From positions 1-8,328 of the forward strand of contig WFME01000038.1 in the NCBI GenBank assembly GCA_020137815.1: DNA of 8,328 nt. Direction: 5' to 3'. Shown here one piece after another: positions 7,622 to 8,328 of this stretch. The translations under genes were made by a program, and so were the position numbers. Under the pieces are notes generated by a model that was given only the letters and a program-made list of their open reading frames with translations, did no database searches and was not told where the DNA came from. Source of the stretch: Hormiphora californensis (Eukaryota; Animalia; Ctenophora). Positions within the stretch are counted from its first letter, which is position 1. Each line of letters starts with the position of its first letter.

Positions 7622-7687
7622 ATTTGCTGGTTTTGTTGGCATAGGATACGAACTAATGATAATGGTCTGTGTCCAGCTTGTAGAAGG
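7622..7687 (+). CDS. CNOT4: CNOT4 RING exon, C-terminal half (ICWFCWHRIRTNDNGLCPACRR); gene continues beyond the window
   Basis: Acceptor ctcattcag ends at 7621; donor GTAAGT at 7688. Completes the eight-cysteine C4C4 RING and matches recalled human ICRFCWHRIRTDENGLCPACRK. Confidence 0.95.
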
Positions 7688-7954
7688 GTAAGTTTTCAAT
7701 TATTATTTATATCTTCAATGTTTTACAATTCATTTTATTTAAAATCATTGCCCTCAATGTTTTAAAATTCACCTTTAACTTGACAGACAGAATGAAATAA
7801 CAGCAGCAGTGCCACCCTGTATATTTGTCCGTCTGTTTTATATTTTATTTCTGAGAGTGTGTAGCTCTACTGAGACAAGATGTGTGTGTCACATACAGCA
7901 CTACTTGTGTGTGTTTGCTTGTCAGCTCTTTTTTTTAGGTGTAAAAAGGGGCGT

Positions 7955-8020
7955 GGAGAGAGACAAGACAGGAGAGAGAGGTAGAGAGAAAGATAGAGAG
8001 GGAGAGAATTCTAGAGAGTG
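7955..8020 (+). repeat. Imperfect (GA)n microsatellite in a CNOT4 intron
   Basis: Interrupted GAGA runs. Confidence 0.85.
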
Positions 8021-8328
8021 AATGAGATGAGGAATGAGTGTGGGGTTTCATGGAGAGTCCGGTGTAGTGTTTCAAAGAATCAGGGAGACTCTGGTATTCA
8101 GCGAGAAACTCTGAGGGACTCTCTCTGATTCCCAATTTCTGAAAAGAGGAGACAGTTCTCTGATTCCCATTTTCCAAAAAGGAGAGAGTTCTTCTCTGAT
8201 TTCGCGAACACAAGATGCCATGTAATGAGAGAGAAATTAAAAACCACCGCCTGAGTAGATTATTGAGAGCTGTGCGTTGTGATGATTTTTACAGATCACA
8301 CACAAAAAACACACGCAGAAATTACCAT

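Noticed and set aside
7577-7765. 62-aa ORF as a standalone gene
   Set aside because: Only 7622-7687 is CNOT4 exon; the flanks are intron read-through.
7809-8213. ORFs 7809..8021 and 7935..8213
   Set aside because: Intronic TG/GA low-complexity sequence with no similarity to the expected next CNOT4 segment.

Overview
Eukaryotic, probably animal, genomic DNA. The only well-supported gene is the 5' end of a CNOT4/Not4 homologue (CCR4-NOT E3 ligase) on the + strand. Its N-terminus and C4C4 RING domain are split over three short phase-0 exons (7205-7258, 7411-7479, 7622-7687), and the gene continues past the window. Upstream lie two unrelated giant foldback (long inverted repeat) elements. Element A (~1327-2845) has ~580-650 bp arms that are hard to see because bases ~1-2845 look like homopolymer-corrupted, low-quality sequence. 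Element B (4401-6003) has 476-bp arms with only 2 mismatches, GAG...CTC ends and TATA flanks, which is Sola2/3-like. Just left of B is a 108-bp module made mostly of hairpins, three with cGAAg loops, bracketed by a 9-bp direct repeat. The rest is microsatellites, G-runs and a CpG-rich putative promoter. None of the ORF-track ORFs is a credible gene, except that 7577..7765 contains the third CNOT4 exon. No database search or alignment program was run, so family assignments are inference.
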